A stretch of DNA of 64,000 bases, taken from positions 60,760,001-60,824,000 of the forward strand of contig CM060734.1 of the NCBI GenBank assembly GCA_030704615.1. Direction: 5' to 3'. The stretch comes from Takakia lepidozioides. Lineage: Eukaryota; Plantae; Bryophyta. The position numbers were made by a program, and so were the translations under genes. This document shows positions 51,392 through 64,000 of this stretch, piece after piece. The notes under the pieces are model-generated. The model had not been told where the DNA came from, ran no database searches, and saw only the letters and a list, made by a program, of their open reading frames with translations. The stretch's first letter is position 1, and each line of letters opens with the position of its first letter.

Positions 51392-52485
51392 TGTCAAGTT
51401 ATTTTACCACTAGTGTGAAACTAGCTAGGAAATAGCTAGCTTTTACATATTGACATTTGGGATTGGCCCAAGTGTCAATCCAGGGGTCAAGGCAGATTTA
51501 GGCCCTGGAGTGGTTATCTTCACGGCAAGCGCGGGAGGCTCATCTTTCTCGAGTTGAGCCTCACCGCGCCTAGCTATGGCGCCGTAGTGTGGATTCCCCA
51601 AGGCGTGGGGTGCACTTGGCTTGACTTGTATTTGAGTGATGAGTTTATATATGCATGAGTTTATGCTTCAGCTTTGTGAGCTCGCATGAGCTTGTGCTTG
51701 TATTCTTCTTCATTATCATTGTGTGGACTAGTGACTGCCATAGTGGGCAGCATAGTGACAGCCTAGTGACTGACTAGTTGTAGCCTAGTGGTTGGACTAG
51801 TGGCTGGACTAGTGGTGGACTAGTGGTATACTAGTGTGTGGCGTGCACATGTGTTGTGTGGTTTTGGACAGCGATGTAGTTGTGTAGCAATATGTATGCG
51901 CACGACAGCTAGTACGAATCACTCCATAGATATGAGTCTTACAAGCATATTGTATTCTCCAAGTTGTGGCCCAGTTGTCGTGCACCTAAGCATCGTGCCA
52001 CAACATACATCGTTGTCCAACCACACTTCCTAGCATATAGTTCTAGAAAGCCATGCCACAATGATACGGAAATGGTGAAAAGAAGAGAAACCACTCTATC
52101 ACGTTATATAAGTCAAGCCAATGGCACCTTTGCTAAAGGACTCCACCATACAGACCTCACCCACTCTCCTAGAGCTATGGCGGCGAGAGAGGCCTCGGGA
52201 GGCTCGACTAGAAGAAGACGAGTCTGCCTACGTCTCATGTGGAGATAACCTCCCCACGTCCCAAGTGAGATTCGCCACCTCACTTGGCACATGGAACCAC
52301 ATGAAGTCCCAATGCCAACAAAATACAAATATAAATGTATAATGTCATAATTAGCTAGAAATAATTATTTCTAACTAATCACAAATAAAACCATGACAGT
52401 TGTCGTGCACCTAAGCATCGTGCCACAACATACATCGCTGTCCAAGCACACTTCCTAGTATATAGTTCTAGAAAGTCACGCCACA
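51392..52485 (-). mobile_element. Rearranged LTR region of the Gypsy element
   Basis: PPT-like AGCTAGGGGGGCGAT followed by TG at 52485 (minus strand). The LTR start is duplicated (52399-52485 and 51974-52060), and a related inverted copy lies at ~51836-51910. Confidence 0.55.
52062..52398 (-). mobile_element. LTR-like element (TG...CA, ~340 bp), copy A
   Basis: Reverse complement of 55517-55864; ends TGTCATGG...CCGTATCA. Confidence 0.75.
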
Positions 52486-54832
52486 ATCGCCCCCCTAGCT
52501 GGTGATTAGGTCCCTCTAACACTGGATAGTTTGCAAGTATCCCCCCCAATAAGATCATCGCTTGGTCTCAATCGCATAAGTCCCAACAACTGAAGTCGAT
52601 AGATCAAGAGGCCGGGTGCAAACGTAGCCCCATTGTTAGTCGCCTTCATGCAATCCATGATCTTCAGTTGAGTATCCATGGCATTGAAGCCCCACTAGCT
52701 AGACCTTGGATCACTTGCCCACTACTTTTGTCCAAGGCATCGTGGACACAACCATTCTCCGATAGGAACCTCCTCAAGTGGCGGTGTCAAGCATCCCATG
52801 TGCCACTTCCTTGAGCATTTGACACACACCAACATGGTTGCGGCGCCATTGATAGAGTGCGGGCTTATTTCAACGCCCCTACTTCACAATTGCATCATTT
52901 ACTCATTATGGGTTTGGGTTATCGTTGGAGTCTTGACTTCGCAAGCCCATTGCCATTGACGATTCGCCATAACAAGTATGTGCTGGTGATGGTGGAACAC
53001 TTCTCCAAATGGATTGAACTGGTGGCATTGCCTAACAAGGCAAGTGAGGGGCTGCGTATGCATTCTTAGATCGAGTGCTTAGCCATTTTGGTGCTCCAGC
53101 CGAGGTACTCACGGACCAGGGGAGAGAGTTCTTGGGGGAGTTTCAGGCTTTGTGTGAGCAAGCCTTGATAGATCACCGCACACTTTCTCGGGATCATCCC
53201 GAGGCTGATCGCTTTGGCAGAGAGAGTTGTTCAGATAGTCAAGAGAGGTTTGCGCAAGTACGGTTTGCAAAAGGGACACCTAGGAGATTGGGACCTTCAA
53301 CTGCCTTGGCTAGCTATGAGCTATAGGTTCAGCAAACAAGCTTCACTTGCCTCCTTCTCACCTTACTTTCTTCTCTTCAGCCGAGAGCCGGATTTGTCTG
53401 CATCTATTCGCAGGGAGGCTGCAATAGTTCTCAACCTTGATGATCCGGATGTGTGGACAAAAGCATGTGCCCAGTGGGCAGAGTTGTTCAAGAGAATCAT
53501 GCCTATGGCATTTGAGAACCTCGCTATTGCCCAACACCGAGACACATTGAGGTACGCCACTATACGTGGAGGGGGATATCGGCCAAGTGTTCGGCGTTTC
53601 CACCTTGGGGACTATGTGTATCTACAGTAGACAGCGCCTACAGCAGGATATGTGATTCTAAGGGTCAGGGAGGTGTTGCCTTCAGGAGTATTGATTCTGG
53701 AGGGTTGAGATGGCATGGTATGGAAGGACCATGTGCGCAATTGTGCATCATGTCACCTTCCACATGTGGATGAGAGGATAGATCCCAATCTTGCAGTGGT
53801 ACCTGCAGGGTTGCGTTGTATGCTATGTGGGCACACCATGCACCTTGCCACCAACTGTTGCACATCTGTGTGCATGCCCCGCCACCAATATTGCCCTTGC
53901 AGTAAACTATGAGTGCGCTGCACCCCAAAATGTCCCACCTCCTCATGGGCATGGCGTACCAATCGCACTCGTTGTGTTTAATGAGGCACAATCCTCACTC
54001 GTCCATCCTCCCATACCCGGAGTAGGTGAGTCCCTTCCCACTTGAACATTTTGGCTCGTTGTAGGACCCGATCTCTCTCTTTAGCAGTTACACTTGCTGA
54101 TTTCTCTCCGGTACGAAGGTATGCCAACACTGCTGCATCTTCATGCATATCCTTAGCACCACCAAGCTCTTCACTAGTCTCTGGATCGTCATGCACGCTA
54201 TCTACATGACCAATCGCATGGGATAGACCAGCTTGAGCTCCCATTGCTAGAATGCACAAAAAGGCCGATGCATGTCATCCTGGCACCATCTCCTCATCCG
54301 TCTCACCATGCCACCGAGCTCCAGTATCATCATGTTCCCTTGTGCATGGATTACGACTCAATCCATCTGCATCCCGATTGACAATACCGGCTCAATGCAT
54401 AAGCGCCCACCGTGCAAGTTTCCATGTAAGCTTCTCTGACTCCATCAACCACTTCAATGGTTGGTGATCCGTGACAAGGGTGAAGAGATTGTCATAGAGG
54501 TATCATCTGAAATATGCCACTGCCCATACTGCAGCTAGACACTCCCCTTCATAGGAACTATACTTTGCCTCGGCATCATTGTTCGAGCGGCTAGCATATG
54601 CCACTACGAACTCTCTTCCCTCATCATCCACCTGTGTGAGCACTGCTCCAATCCCCAGCATACTCCAATCCGTACGTAGCTGGAAATGCCGCCCCCGAAT
54701 AAGCTGCCTCAGAATAGGTGCAGAAATCAATTGAGCCTTGAGTTCCTCAAAGGCTTCCTCTTGCTCCTCCTCCCACTGCCACTCCTGACCCACCTTGGTC
54801 AACTTGGTAAGAGCCTTTGCAATGCTGCTAAA
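52486..54832 (-). mobile_element. Ty3/Gypsy pol 3' half: RNase H, integrase and C-terminal PHD finger, with an internal inversion at 52850-53831
   Basis: TDWSMLGIGAVLTQ...VAYASR...YSSYEGECLAAVWAV (-); HEEVGHFG...YWWRGM...CMVC (-); integrase core VEHFSKW, TDQGREF, AERVVQ (+); MLVCVKCSRKWHMGCLTPPLEEVPIGEWLCPRC (-, ~52737-52835). Confidence 0.9.
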
Positions 54833-55516
54833 TCAGAAACAAGGCTAGCAAAAACGGAAATAAGGATAAAGAAGAGAGACCATAAGGGCCCTCCACAAAG
54901 AAGACAAGACCAAAAGGAAATAAAAGCAGAAGCGCCCAAGAGCGAAGGATCCATCAACACTTGCGGCGAAGATCAGGATCAAAATTCAGATTGGCTTTGA
55001 TCTTTGAATTGCGATTCCAATTATGTTTCCAATTAACATCATCTTCATGCTCCAAAAGAAAAGGCCAATGGTTACTTTGGCCACCAAATTTCGGGGACGG
55101 CAGGGCGGAAGGTGCAAAACTCGCCCTCTTCTGAACAGATGGCTCCCTTCCTTCCCCATGAACTGTCGAATTCTTGAAATAGCTGGACGCGTTTCTTTTC
55201 AGAACAATATGCGAACAACTGACAAAACCAAACCCCAAGTCTTTTTACCTTCAATCCAAAGTTCAAAGAACAGATGATGAAGAGTGGCCTTAATGCATGG
55301 GAATTTGACCTCAAACTAAGTGCACGGCGTGCTTTCCACAAACGTCATAGGGTCAAAGCCCTGAGAGCAACCGAGACCGGGCATGCAAAATTCTTATTGT
55401 GGATGGGATGTAGGAGAGTATATCAATATATGACACCTCCCGAAGGAAACGTAAACTATGTATATGATGGATTGAACCCACAACCACTTCCGAGGTGTTA
55501 TGTTTCCATACCACTG

Positions 55517-55864
55517 TGTCATGGTTTTGTTTGTGATTAGTTAGAAATAGTTATTTCTAGCTAATTATGACATTATACATTTATATTTGTATTTTGTTGG
55601 CATTGGGACTTCATCTGGTTTCATGTGCCAAGTGAGGTGGCGAACCTCACTTGGGACGTGGGGAGGTTATCTCCACGTGAGACGTAGGCAGGCTCGTCTT
55701 CTTCTAGTCGAGCCTCCCGAGGCCTCTCTCGCCGCCATAGCTCTAGTACTTGAGATGGAGAGTGGGTGAGGTCTGTATGGTGGAGTCTTTTAGCAAAGGT
55801 GCCATTGGCTTGACTTATATAACGTGATAGAATGGTTTATCCTCTTTTCACCATTTCCGTATCA
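55517..55864 (+). mobile_element. LTR-like element, copy B
   Basis: TGTCATGG...CCGTATCA; homologous to 52062-52398 and 63871-64000. Confidence 0.75.
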
Positions 55865-57339
55865 CTAGAAGAAGACCTGCTTACATCTATAAGTGCAAGG
55901 TGTTAGCATAGTTAACACTTGTGTGTGGAAGAGAGCTTGATAGATAGCTCTTAAGTTACAAGCTGTTGCAGGGTTTGCAAGAAGAAAGTCTTGTGGTGTT
56001 TATGTACAAGAGGAGGTCTTCAAGAAGAGCATCATTGAAAGTTTGAGAGCTTATGAAGAAGCTCTTGTTCTGCAAGTGTTGCAGTGTCGCGCACCTCACT
56101 TCGGTAAGCTCCCCTTCAAGTCATAGTTACTCGCTTTGATGCGCGCGCCTGACTCCCAACCTGGCCGCCGGGCCAACTCGGAGCTTCGGCTGCTCACCGG
56201 GGCATAACGGTCCCCCTTCGCTCTCCCGAAAGACCCTCCACCTATTTGGGCCTAGTGGAATTCCCTTTGGTAGATGGCAGTCCAGAACAGCTCCCCACTC
56301 TTTGGTCACTTTCTGGCTCGCTCGCTTACTCACTAGTTTTTGGACACCAATGGGCTTCCATCGTTCTCGGGGTTACTACTCCCCTTATATATACTTCTGT
56401 AGCTGTCCGCGGGGGTTTCACAACCAACCATGCCATTTTATGGTGAACCACCACGAAGACCCTCGACTCCCGGTGGTGAGTCGCAGTGAGTCTTGGCCCA
56501 CTCACCACGGCCCCATTGGGCCGTGATGAGTCCCAAGACTCCCCACGACTCCCACCACGAGGTCTCCACCCCATGGTGTGTCCTATGCCACCCCCACTAA
56601 GTCCTACTAAGCTACCACCACCCCTTGTGGAGCCACCTCCATCGCAACCCGGTGTGCGGGGCTCCACCTAGTGAGCGCCTCCGCTTCCCTGAGTGCCTTG
56701 GGCACTCAAGGGTGCTTCAGCCCCCCCATACCTACCGCTGCCGCTGCCCCCACCACAGGGGCAGCCCCTCATGTGTCCCGACCCCCTGCCCTCAAGACAA
56801 AGGGCCGCGACATGCAGGGTTTGAGGAGTTCAATAAGAGCTCGGGTGTTAAGGAAGCAAGCGGTGCATGTGTGGAGTATGGTTTCAGCTTGTGGGAGTCT
56901 TCAACTTCAAGCTTAGGAGAGCTATGAGTGGAGGTAGACATCTGATTTCTATTTGGGGCAGAATAGTGTATTTGTAGAGCATACTTTGAGTTGGGGTTTC
57001 AATCCCAAGCTTGGAAAGAGCATGTCTATGGAAGTGGCAAGTGCAGGGCTGGATTAGAAGATATAAGAGGTGCGCTATAGCTATGGAAGGAAGCACTATG
57101 AGTGCATGCGATGGCTAGAAGAGGGTATCCCATAGAAAGCTCAATAGCTTGTTTTATGCTTGTTTCAATAAGTTTTATAGAGAAAGAGAGTTTGTTGTGT
57201 GGCAAATAGCTTGCTCAAGGACTTAGAGGCACTCTTGGTGGTCTATTGATGCTCAAGAAACCAAGAACAGCACCTTTAGTTGCTCCATAGAAGCCATAGC
57301 TCGTTGCAGCAATCGCAGAGGCAAAGCGGCGCAAACCTT

Positions 57340-58450
57340 AATTTGGGAGCGCGTGGGAACGCTTGGGAACACGTGTGAACTCCTTGGGAACGCGTGGGAA
57401 CGCGTGGGAACATTGCCCCAGAGTTGGGAGCATCACCATTTTCCAATCGGATGAACTATTGAGCCAGTAAATGAAAATCGGCGCTCCCGGATGAAAATCG
57501 GTTGCAGTGGATGAAACTGCGCCAGAGGATGAAATCTCGCAAGCGGATGAACTATCGCGCTATCAGATGAAAATTTACGACGATGGATGAAACTGCGTCA
57601 GCGGATGAACTATCGCACTATCGGATGAAAAATTGCGGCGATGGATGAAACTGCGTCAACGGATGAAATCGTGGTAGCGGATGAACTATCGTGTCATCGG
57701 ATGAAAAATTGCGGCGACGGATGAAACTACGCCAGTGGATGAAATATCGCACCAAGGGATGAACTATCGCGGTGGATGAAGTATTGGACCTTCGGATGAG
57801 AAATCGCAGGGTTGGATGAAATTTGGTCAGTGACGGTTGGAAACTCGAGTGACTATGGATATTTTTGGAGCTTTCTAGGGCCTACTTTGAGGATTATTTG
57901 GGGTCTATTGAGGCCAATATCTTGCAGGTATTGGGGCCTGCTTGAGGCCTATTTAGAGTCTATTGAAGCCAATATCTTGCAGGCTTGTGGAGTCTGCAAG
58001 ATATTGTTTGAAGGACTATTTGAGGTCCTTTGAGGCCAATGTTTTGCAGGCCTATGAAGCCTTGTGAGGGCTGGTTGGAGGACAATTGGAGGTCCTTGGA
58101 GGCCCATATTGGGCAGACTTATGGAACTTTCTAAGAGGTCTTTGGGGGACTATTGGAGGTCATTGGAGGCCAATAATTGGCAGATTTGAGGAGCTTCTTA
58201 AGGGTTGTTGGAGGACTGTTGGAGGTCCTTGGAGGCCATATTGGGCAGGCTTGTGGAGCCATTGTGAGGGCCAGTTGGAGACCTTGGAGGCCACTAATTG
58301 TCGGCACCTAGGGCCTTTTGGTGAACTGTTTGGAGTCCAAGTTTGCGAACTTCTTGAACCTCGGTGGGTCAATGTGAGAAGCTGATTGAGGGCAGATTTC
58401 AGAAGTTCATGGCAATAATTTGAGGGCTCTTGAGAGTTATTTGAGAGGTT
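57340..58450. repeat. Tandem repeat arrays upstream of the Gypsy gag (GGGAACGCGT, GGATGAA and TTGGAGGCC modules)
   Basis: 10-bp unit at 57345-57412, GGATGAA every ~20 nt at 57449-57820, ggagg/gaggcc-rich block at 57860-58450. Confidence 0.75.
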
Positions 58451-59069
58451 CTTTAAGGATAGTCTTGTTCATTGCTCAAGCAAGAGTGACTGTGAAGATA
58501 GGGGGAGTAATGGGATGAGAGCATTTTGGGCTTAAAGGTTGCTTTAGCTTCTCTTCTCTATAGTCTTCCATCATTCTTGTAGGCCAAAGCTTTTCCGTAA
58601 GCGGAGGCAGAGCTAGTTTGGATAGAGACTTGGCCATCTTGCAGGTTTATTGAAGCCGCAAAGAGATCGATTGATTTAAAGCTGTGGGAGATGTTGTTGT
58701 TTGAGTTTCCTGTGTTTGGATCCTCCTCCCACACATACATGCTTGACTGTGCGCCATGCTAATTGGCCCTTGCTTTTATAGGTGGTTGTGCCGGAACTAT
58801 GTGGCCGGCCAATCCTAGAGCGTGCTGTCGGTGGTGAGGCTGGGGTGATGACCAGCAGACCATCATTGTTTCTCTTATGGTGAGGTTGGGTTGATGACCA
58901 GCAGACCATATGAGTGCCTGCGGTAGATGCAGGTGCAGGTGCAGGTTCAGAATATGAACCTTGTATTCCAAACCATAAGCCGCAACAGGTTCTCTACCCG
59001 ACTACCTTGTAGAAAAGGGGATTAGAGACAAGCTGATAGTCCGTTTGAGTGTGAGATTTCATCACGGAG

Positions 59070-60580
59070 GTGCCACCAGTTGCTGAGGAGAGTGCCGGTA
59101 TAAGCACCAGCGATACTAGTGGATATACAAGACGAGGTGTACGGTTTAGGCCACCTTCACCTTCAGTGCCTTCTGAGGAAGCTTCAGACTCAAAATTAGG
59201 AGGATTCTTGCCGAGGGTGCAAGCCATTTCCGTGCAATTGTTGTGGGATACAATGGAGGAAATGTATGGAGCTACCAAAGGGCCACGTCGGTACTCGGGA
59301 GCTGTGGGCACCATCGAGCTTGATGATTTTATACAGAAGTTTGATAGTTGATGTGATTTGCAGCAGATGCGCAATCCACAACTGTTTACACATTTTATGG
59401 CGTGGAAGGGGCTGTTTCAGCACCTTGAGGGGCCGCCTATGGATGACTACCATGAGTTTAGGCGGGGAGTTTATTGCATCTCTTAAGCAGCAGTATGGGG
59501 AGTGTGGAGAGCCATGGACTGAGGATCAGTTAGAGGCCAAGGTGGCCAAGGTTTTTGAAGAGGTTGAGAATGTTTCTTGCTCAGAGGATGTTCTCAAGAT
59601 GGCTATGGCGGAGCAAGTGGAGGCTACGCCAAAGTTAGATTGGGCGGACAAGGCCCAAGATGTTGCTATCTAGCAACCAAAGGATTTGTCTCCTACCTCC
59701 AAGCCTGGTGTACCCAAGGTTGCAGTTACTGAGGACAATTGGGAACCAGATGTTGGACCTACAGGCACCGGAGGAGAGAGACGGAGGATCCAGCAATTTC
59801 TAAGGGTTTATAGAAATTGCTTTGCCTTCGGTTTGAAGGATTTGGGGAGTTTGAAGGATCAAGAGATTCCAGTCACGGACTATGGAGTTGTTCGAAGCTG
59901 GATTGGTGGAGTTGTCAGGCAGGGGAGTATACCTCGGCAACGGTGATGCCAGCTAAGAAGGATATCCATGGCAATTGGACAGAAAGAAGGATGTGTGGGG
60001 ACTATCGTTCTGTGAACCGTCAGACTAAGTCAAATAGATATACCATGCCAGCTCCAGAGGAGATCTTTGATGCTACTGGGCATGCAAAGGTGTTTAGCAC
60101 ATTGGACTTGCGATCCAATTACCACCAGTTGCCATTCAAAGAGGCTGACAAGCAAAAGACGGCATTCTGGGGGATTGACCAACATGGGAAGGATTGTTTG
60201 TACCAATGGCGGTTCTTACCGTTTGGGTTGAAGAATGCTCCTGCAGAGTTTCAGAGGGTCATGGATAGGATTCTCGCGGGGTTAGACTTCACCCGATGCT
60301 ACATTGATGACATCATCGTCTTTAGTGCTACGGTTGAGGAGCATGAGAGACACCTTCAGGTGGTGTTTGAGCGCTTGAGAGCGCACGGGTTGAAACTGCA
60401 CCCCGGAAAGTGCAAGTTCTTCCACAATCAGATTGAGTATCTGGGCCACATGATATACTCTGGAGGATTGGGTGTTCAACAGACAAAGGTGGAGGCCATT
60501 GCATGCATTCCACGTCCCATGGATGTGAGCAGAGTTCGTGCTTTCATGGGATTGACAAACTACTATCGACGGTTTGTCGT
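59070..60580 (+). mobile_element. Ty3/Gypsy gag remnant and reverse transcriptase
   Basis: RMCGDYR, FSTLDLRSNYHQ, KTAFWG, LPFGLKNAPAEFQRVMD, YIDDIIVFS, KCKF, YLGH, FMGLTNYYRRFV; gag with a stop codon and deletions. Confidence 0.93.
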
Positions 60581-61689
60581 TAGTCGTGTGTTCGAACACT
60601 GACCCTTCATGGCTGCCCGAGGACGTTCCCAGATTGTAGCACCTTCTGGCTTGGATGAGGTTATTTTTTCCTCTCTTCTTTATTGGCTCCTATTTATTCC
60701 AAAGAAGAGACCACGCATCATTGTCAAAAATCGCTAAGTCCTTGTTGTGCCTTTCCCAGGTGTCACCTCCTCTCATTTGCTGAAAACTACTTACATTAAC
60801 ACCTCCCTCAAGTAACATTTTGTTATTGAACAACTTATGAAAAATAAATGGATGAATTATTTTCAAGTTTAGTATGGGTGAAAGTAGATTCCACTATTCA
60901 TAAAGAAGAATCATACGCAATTAGCTGCTTGTCAATTTGAGTAACATTTCTTTAATTTAAAAAAAAAGAATTTTGAGCAAATTCACCATAAGGCAATTAT
61001 AACAAAACGATGTGGTTGATTTTTCATCCCACACAAGATATCTTCCCAAAAAACAGTTTGACCAAGCTCTTTTGGGTATCATTTAGGTTTTTCATTGAAT
61101 CTGAATGCCCTCCAGATTCACATTAATCTTGGCATTTACAAAGATGCTATCTCCAAGTTTGAAATCAAAATATCTAATTTTGCTAAGCGGTACTTTGTAT
61201 TTGAAATTGGGATTTGGGAAAGGGGGGGCGCGGGGGAGTTATTTTCAATTTCTACATATAAACCCTATTTTAAGTAATTCCGGACTTTTGGCTTAAATCC
61301 GGACCAAACTTAATATATAACATAAGTAAAATTAATTCAGGTATTAATAATAATATCGTGGAATATTGAGTCATTTAACTTGTGAAGTTGCACAATCCCA
61401 TAGTACCATGAACCAATGTATTGCAAGTTTTCAATTGAAGGATTAAAACGTTGAATGGAATAAGGTTGGATTTCAATGAAACATGTGAATTATGTTTCAA
61501 AATATTTAGGGATCATTCGGAAAGGTTCATATGACAACCAAATAAATTTTTCGTCATTAATCAGTCCTGAACCTCGCTTTGCTACCCGTTATTCCATGTC
61601 ATCTCAGGTCAATTTATCTTGGGTCTGTTTATCTTATTAGGACCTTCTAAAGACAATACTTCTGGGGCCTTCAGTCCTTACATTGTCCT

Positions 61690-62600
61690 CACCTTAAACC
61701 ATATACCCTAAATCTAATTCGAATGTTTGATGTGCATTCTTCAAGGGTTAGAAGGTTGGGCATAATAGAATGGCCCTTGGGATATTTCATTCAAGTCTAA
61801 TTTCTTAGGTGACAAGTCACTTGTACATTTTCCCAGATTTTTTGGTCCATTCATACCCACTAGTATGTTTACTACACTACTCAACTCCGTACCCTAAAAC
61901 CTAATTCCAATGTCTGATGCCTATTTAATTTATTGCTTCCAGTTTTGGGTGCGGTCGAAGTGGAGGGGATATTTCCTGAATTGTTGTACGACCTCCACGT
62001 AAAGACTCACATTCCATAATTGTTTGTCCATTTATAGTTCACTAAACCCTAAACCCTAAGCCCTTAAACATAACTGCATTGTTTGATGGGCATTCTTTAT
62101 AGATTAGATACAATCTGTGGTTGGAAAATTTTATTCCCTAAACCCTAAATCATAGGTGGCAAGTCATATGTACCCTTCCCAATATTTTCTTTTCCATTCA
62201 TACCGAGTACTATAGTTAGTACCCTCGCAAACTCTATACCCTAAAACCTAATTTCAATGTTTGATGCTTATTTATTTATTACTTCCAATTTTGGGTACGA
62301 TCGAAGTGGTGGGGATAATATTTCATGAATTGTTCTACGTATGGGTAAAGACTCAAACTCCATAATTGTTTGTCCATTTACAGTTTTCTAAAACCCTAAA
62401 CCCTAAACCAAACTCCACTGTTTGATTCACATTCTTTATAGAAATTTGGATACAATCTGTGTTTGGGATATTTCATTAACAAATTTTCATAGTTGCTAAG
62501 TCATCTGTATACTTTTCCATATTTTCTTTTCCATTCATACCAAGTACTATGTTTCAATGTACCCTAGCAAACTCTATAACCTAAAACCTAATTCCAGCTT
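61690..62600. repeat. Degenerate ~350-bp tandem units containing CCCTAAA telomere-like motifs
   Basis: ccattcatacc...accctaaaacctaatt recurs at ~61847, 62194 and 62531; aaaccctaaaccctaa at ~62044 and 62391. Confidence 0.7.
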
Positions 62601-63870
62601 GGTTCAATGACTTTATAGCTGAATCTACATGACACTTTTCCAAGCTCAACAATACGACCATGTGGATCGAGAATGAAGGAAATGGGCGAATCTGTTGAGG
62701 AGAAGACACTTTGGTGAGAACCAGAGAACCAAAAGAAATGGGTATAATGTGAGAGAGGAACTGCAAAAAGAAAGAAGCAATGCCATCAGAAAAAACTAGG
62801 AACTCCGGATGATCACTCGAGGTTCCTGAAACGTTACAGAGATGAGGTCAAGAAAAAAGCTGGTGGCTGGCAAAGAAGGTGGATTAATATTTGAACACGT
62901 GAAGAGAAACAAATGGAGAATGGAGGTAAGACATCAGTTTTATTCTTGAAAACATGCCGAGGAGTGAACCTCCACAATATGTCATTGTCAACCTTGTTCT
63001 CCGTCAAAGGTTGCAGTCTTCATTGTCTGACTATTGATTGGCCTCATCCAAATTTGCTCGTGCTTTCTCCGCCTCCACCGCGGTAATTTTCTTAGAGCTA
63101 TTACATGTCGTGTTTTTTCTGGCGGGCATTGTCTAAACGACAGAATTAATGTGAATCCACTGAGGGGGATCATTTGGATTGAACTCCCAAACTTTGGACC
63201 AACGATCTCTGTACCTGTCCAAATCGGAAGGGCTACCTCCTTTCTTGGGTCTCCACCATTCGACGTGAACCTTCTTAAAATTCCTGGATCCTCTGTCGCG
63301 GACCACACGCTAGAAGAAAAACGTGGAATAACCATTATGGTATCCACTCATTTTGAGTGGGAAAAGACACCCAACCATTCTGGCCCCAGAGTGGTCTAGA
63401 ACCAGTGGATCTTAACTCAGCAGTGGTTAAAAACATGACGTGTCATAAATGATTAAAGACATTGGTTACAATCACTTGCCTCCAAGTCCAGCTGTTCGCT
63501 TATGTGTCACAGTGGTAAACTAACCACTTATGACATTTCACAGTGGTAAGCCAAGTCACGTCTGACGTGTCACAGTGGTAAACTAACCACTTCAGAACAT
63601 AGACCACTACTGCCGAATGCGACGTGGACACAACAACTCCGCAATGGACGGACACGTGTCCGTATCCATATGGACACGTGGCCAAATCCAGTTAGACGAT
63701 TATAGGCTCCATTATCTGGACATGTGGCAATATTACAAATGAGCATGTGCCCTATTTTAGGGATGTATTGAAAAATGCAATGACTTCACAAACAACTCTG
63801 TGAGTGAGACTTAAATGACTCTAATAGTCATGATTCGAGAATAAACAATATATATTATCACTGAATGTGT

Positions 63871-64000
63871 TGTTATGGTTTTGTTTGTGATTAATTAGAA
63901 ATAGTTATTTCTAGCTAATTAGAAAATTATACATTTATATTTGTATTTTGTTGGCATTGGGACTTCATTGGTTCCATGTGCCAAGTGAGGTGACGAACCT
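63871..64000 (+). mobile_element. LTR-like element, copy C (truncated by the window end)
   Basis: tgttatggttttgtttgtgattaattagaaatagttatttctagctaatt matches 55517 onward. Confidence 0.75.

Noticed and set aside
54835-55516. ORFs between the Gypsy RNase H and LTR copy B
   Set aside because: No recognisable motifs in any frame
57449-57820. Regularly spaced GGATGAA motifs as CRISPR or iteron array
   Set aside because: Only a 7-nt core with internally duplicated spacers, lying within retroelement sequence
62040-62410. True telomere
   Set aside because: Only 2-3 consecutive CCCTAAA units embedded in longer repeats, and ordinary sequence continues beyond
62581-63400. Copia-like gag/protease remnant
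   Set aside because: Composition looks coding-derived, but I could not identify diagnostic motifs with confidence

Overview
Eukaryotic nuclear DNA from a land plant, most likely a non-seed plant such as a bryophyte. This is inferred from GT-AG introns, plant gene families, a PLS-DYW PPR gene and the transposon repertoire. Host genes: the first coding exon of an ABI5/ABF bZIP factor (-); an AAMP/Sqt1-like WD40 gene (-) with a four-fold duplicated acidic exon, head-to-head with an intronless plastid-targeted PUR2/purD gene (+); an SBT2-type subtilisin (-); a LisH protein with a duplicated KEN-box repeat (-); and decayed PPR-DYW and probable BTB-BACK genes. The flanking regions are transposon graveyards with families atypical of angiosperms. 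Two tandem, decayed Crypton/DUF3504-type tyrosine-recombinase sequences are present, one running into a WRC zinc finger. There are also three TTAA-flanked piggyBac-like MITEs, a Dualen/RandI-like LINE (RNase H + CCHC + restriction-like endonuclease), a Ty3/Gypsy element with a PHD finger broken by two inversions, and a (CT)n-associated LINE. hAT, Mutator and Tourist-like MITEs, tRNA-derived SINEs and satellites make up the rest. All calls are from manual reading and translation; no database searches were run, and exon boundaries are approximate unless stated.
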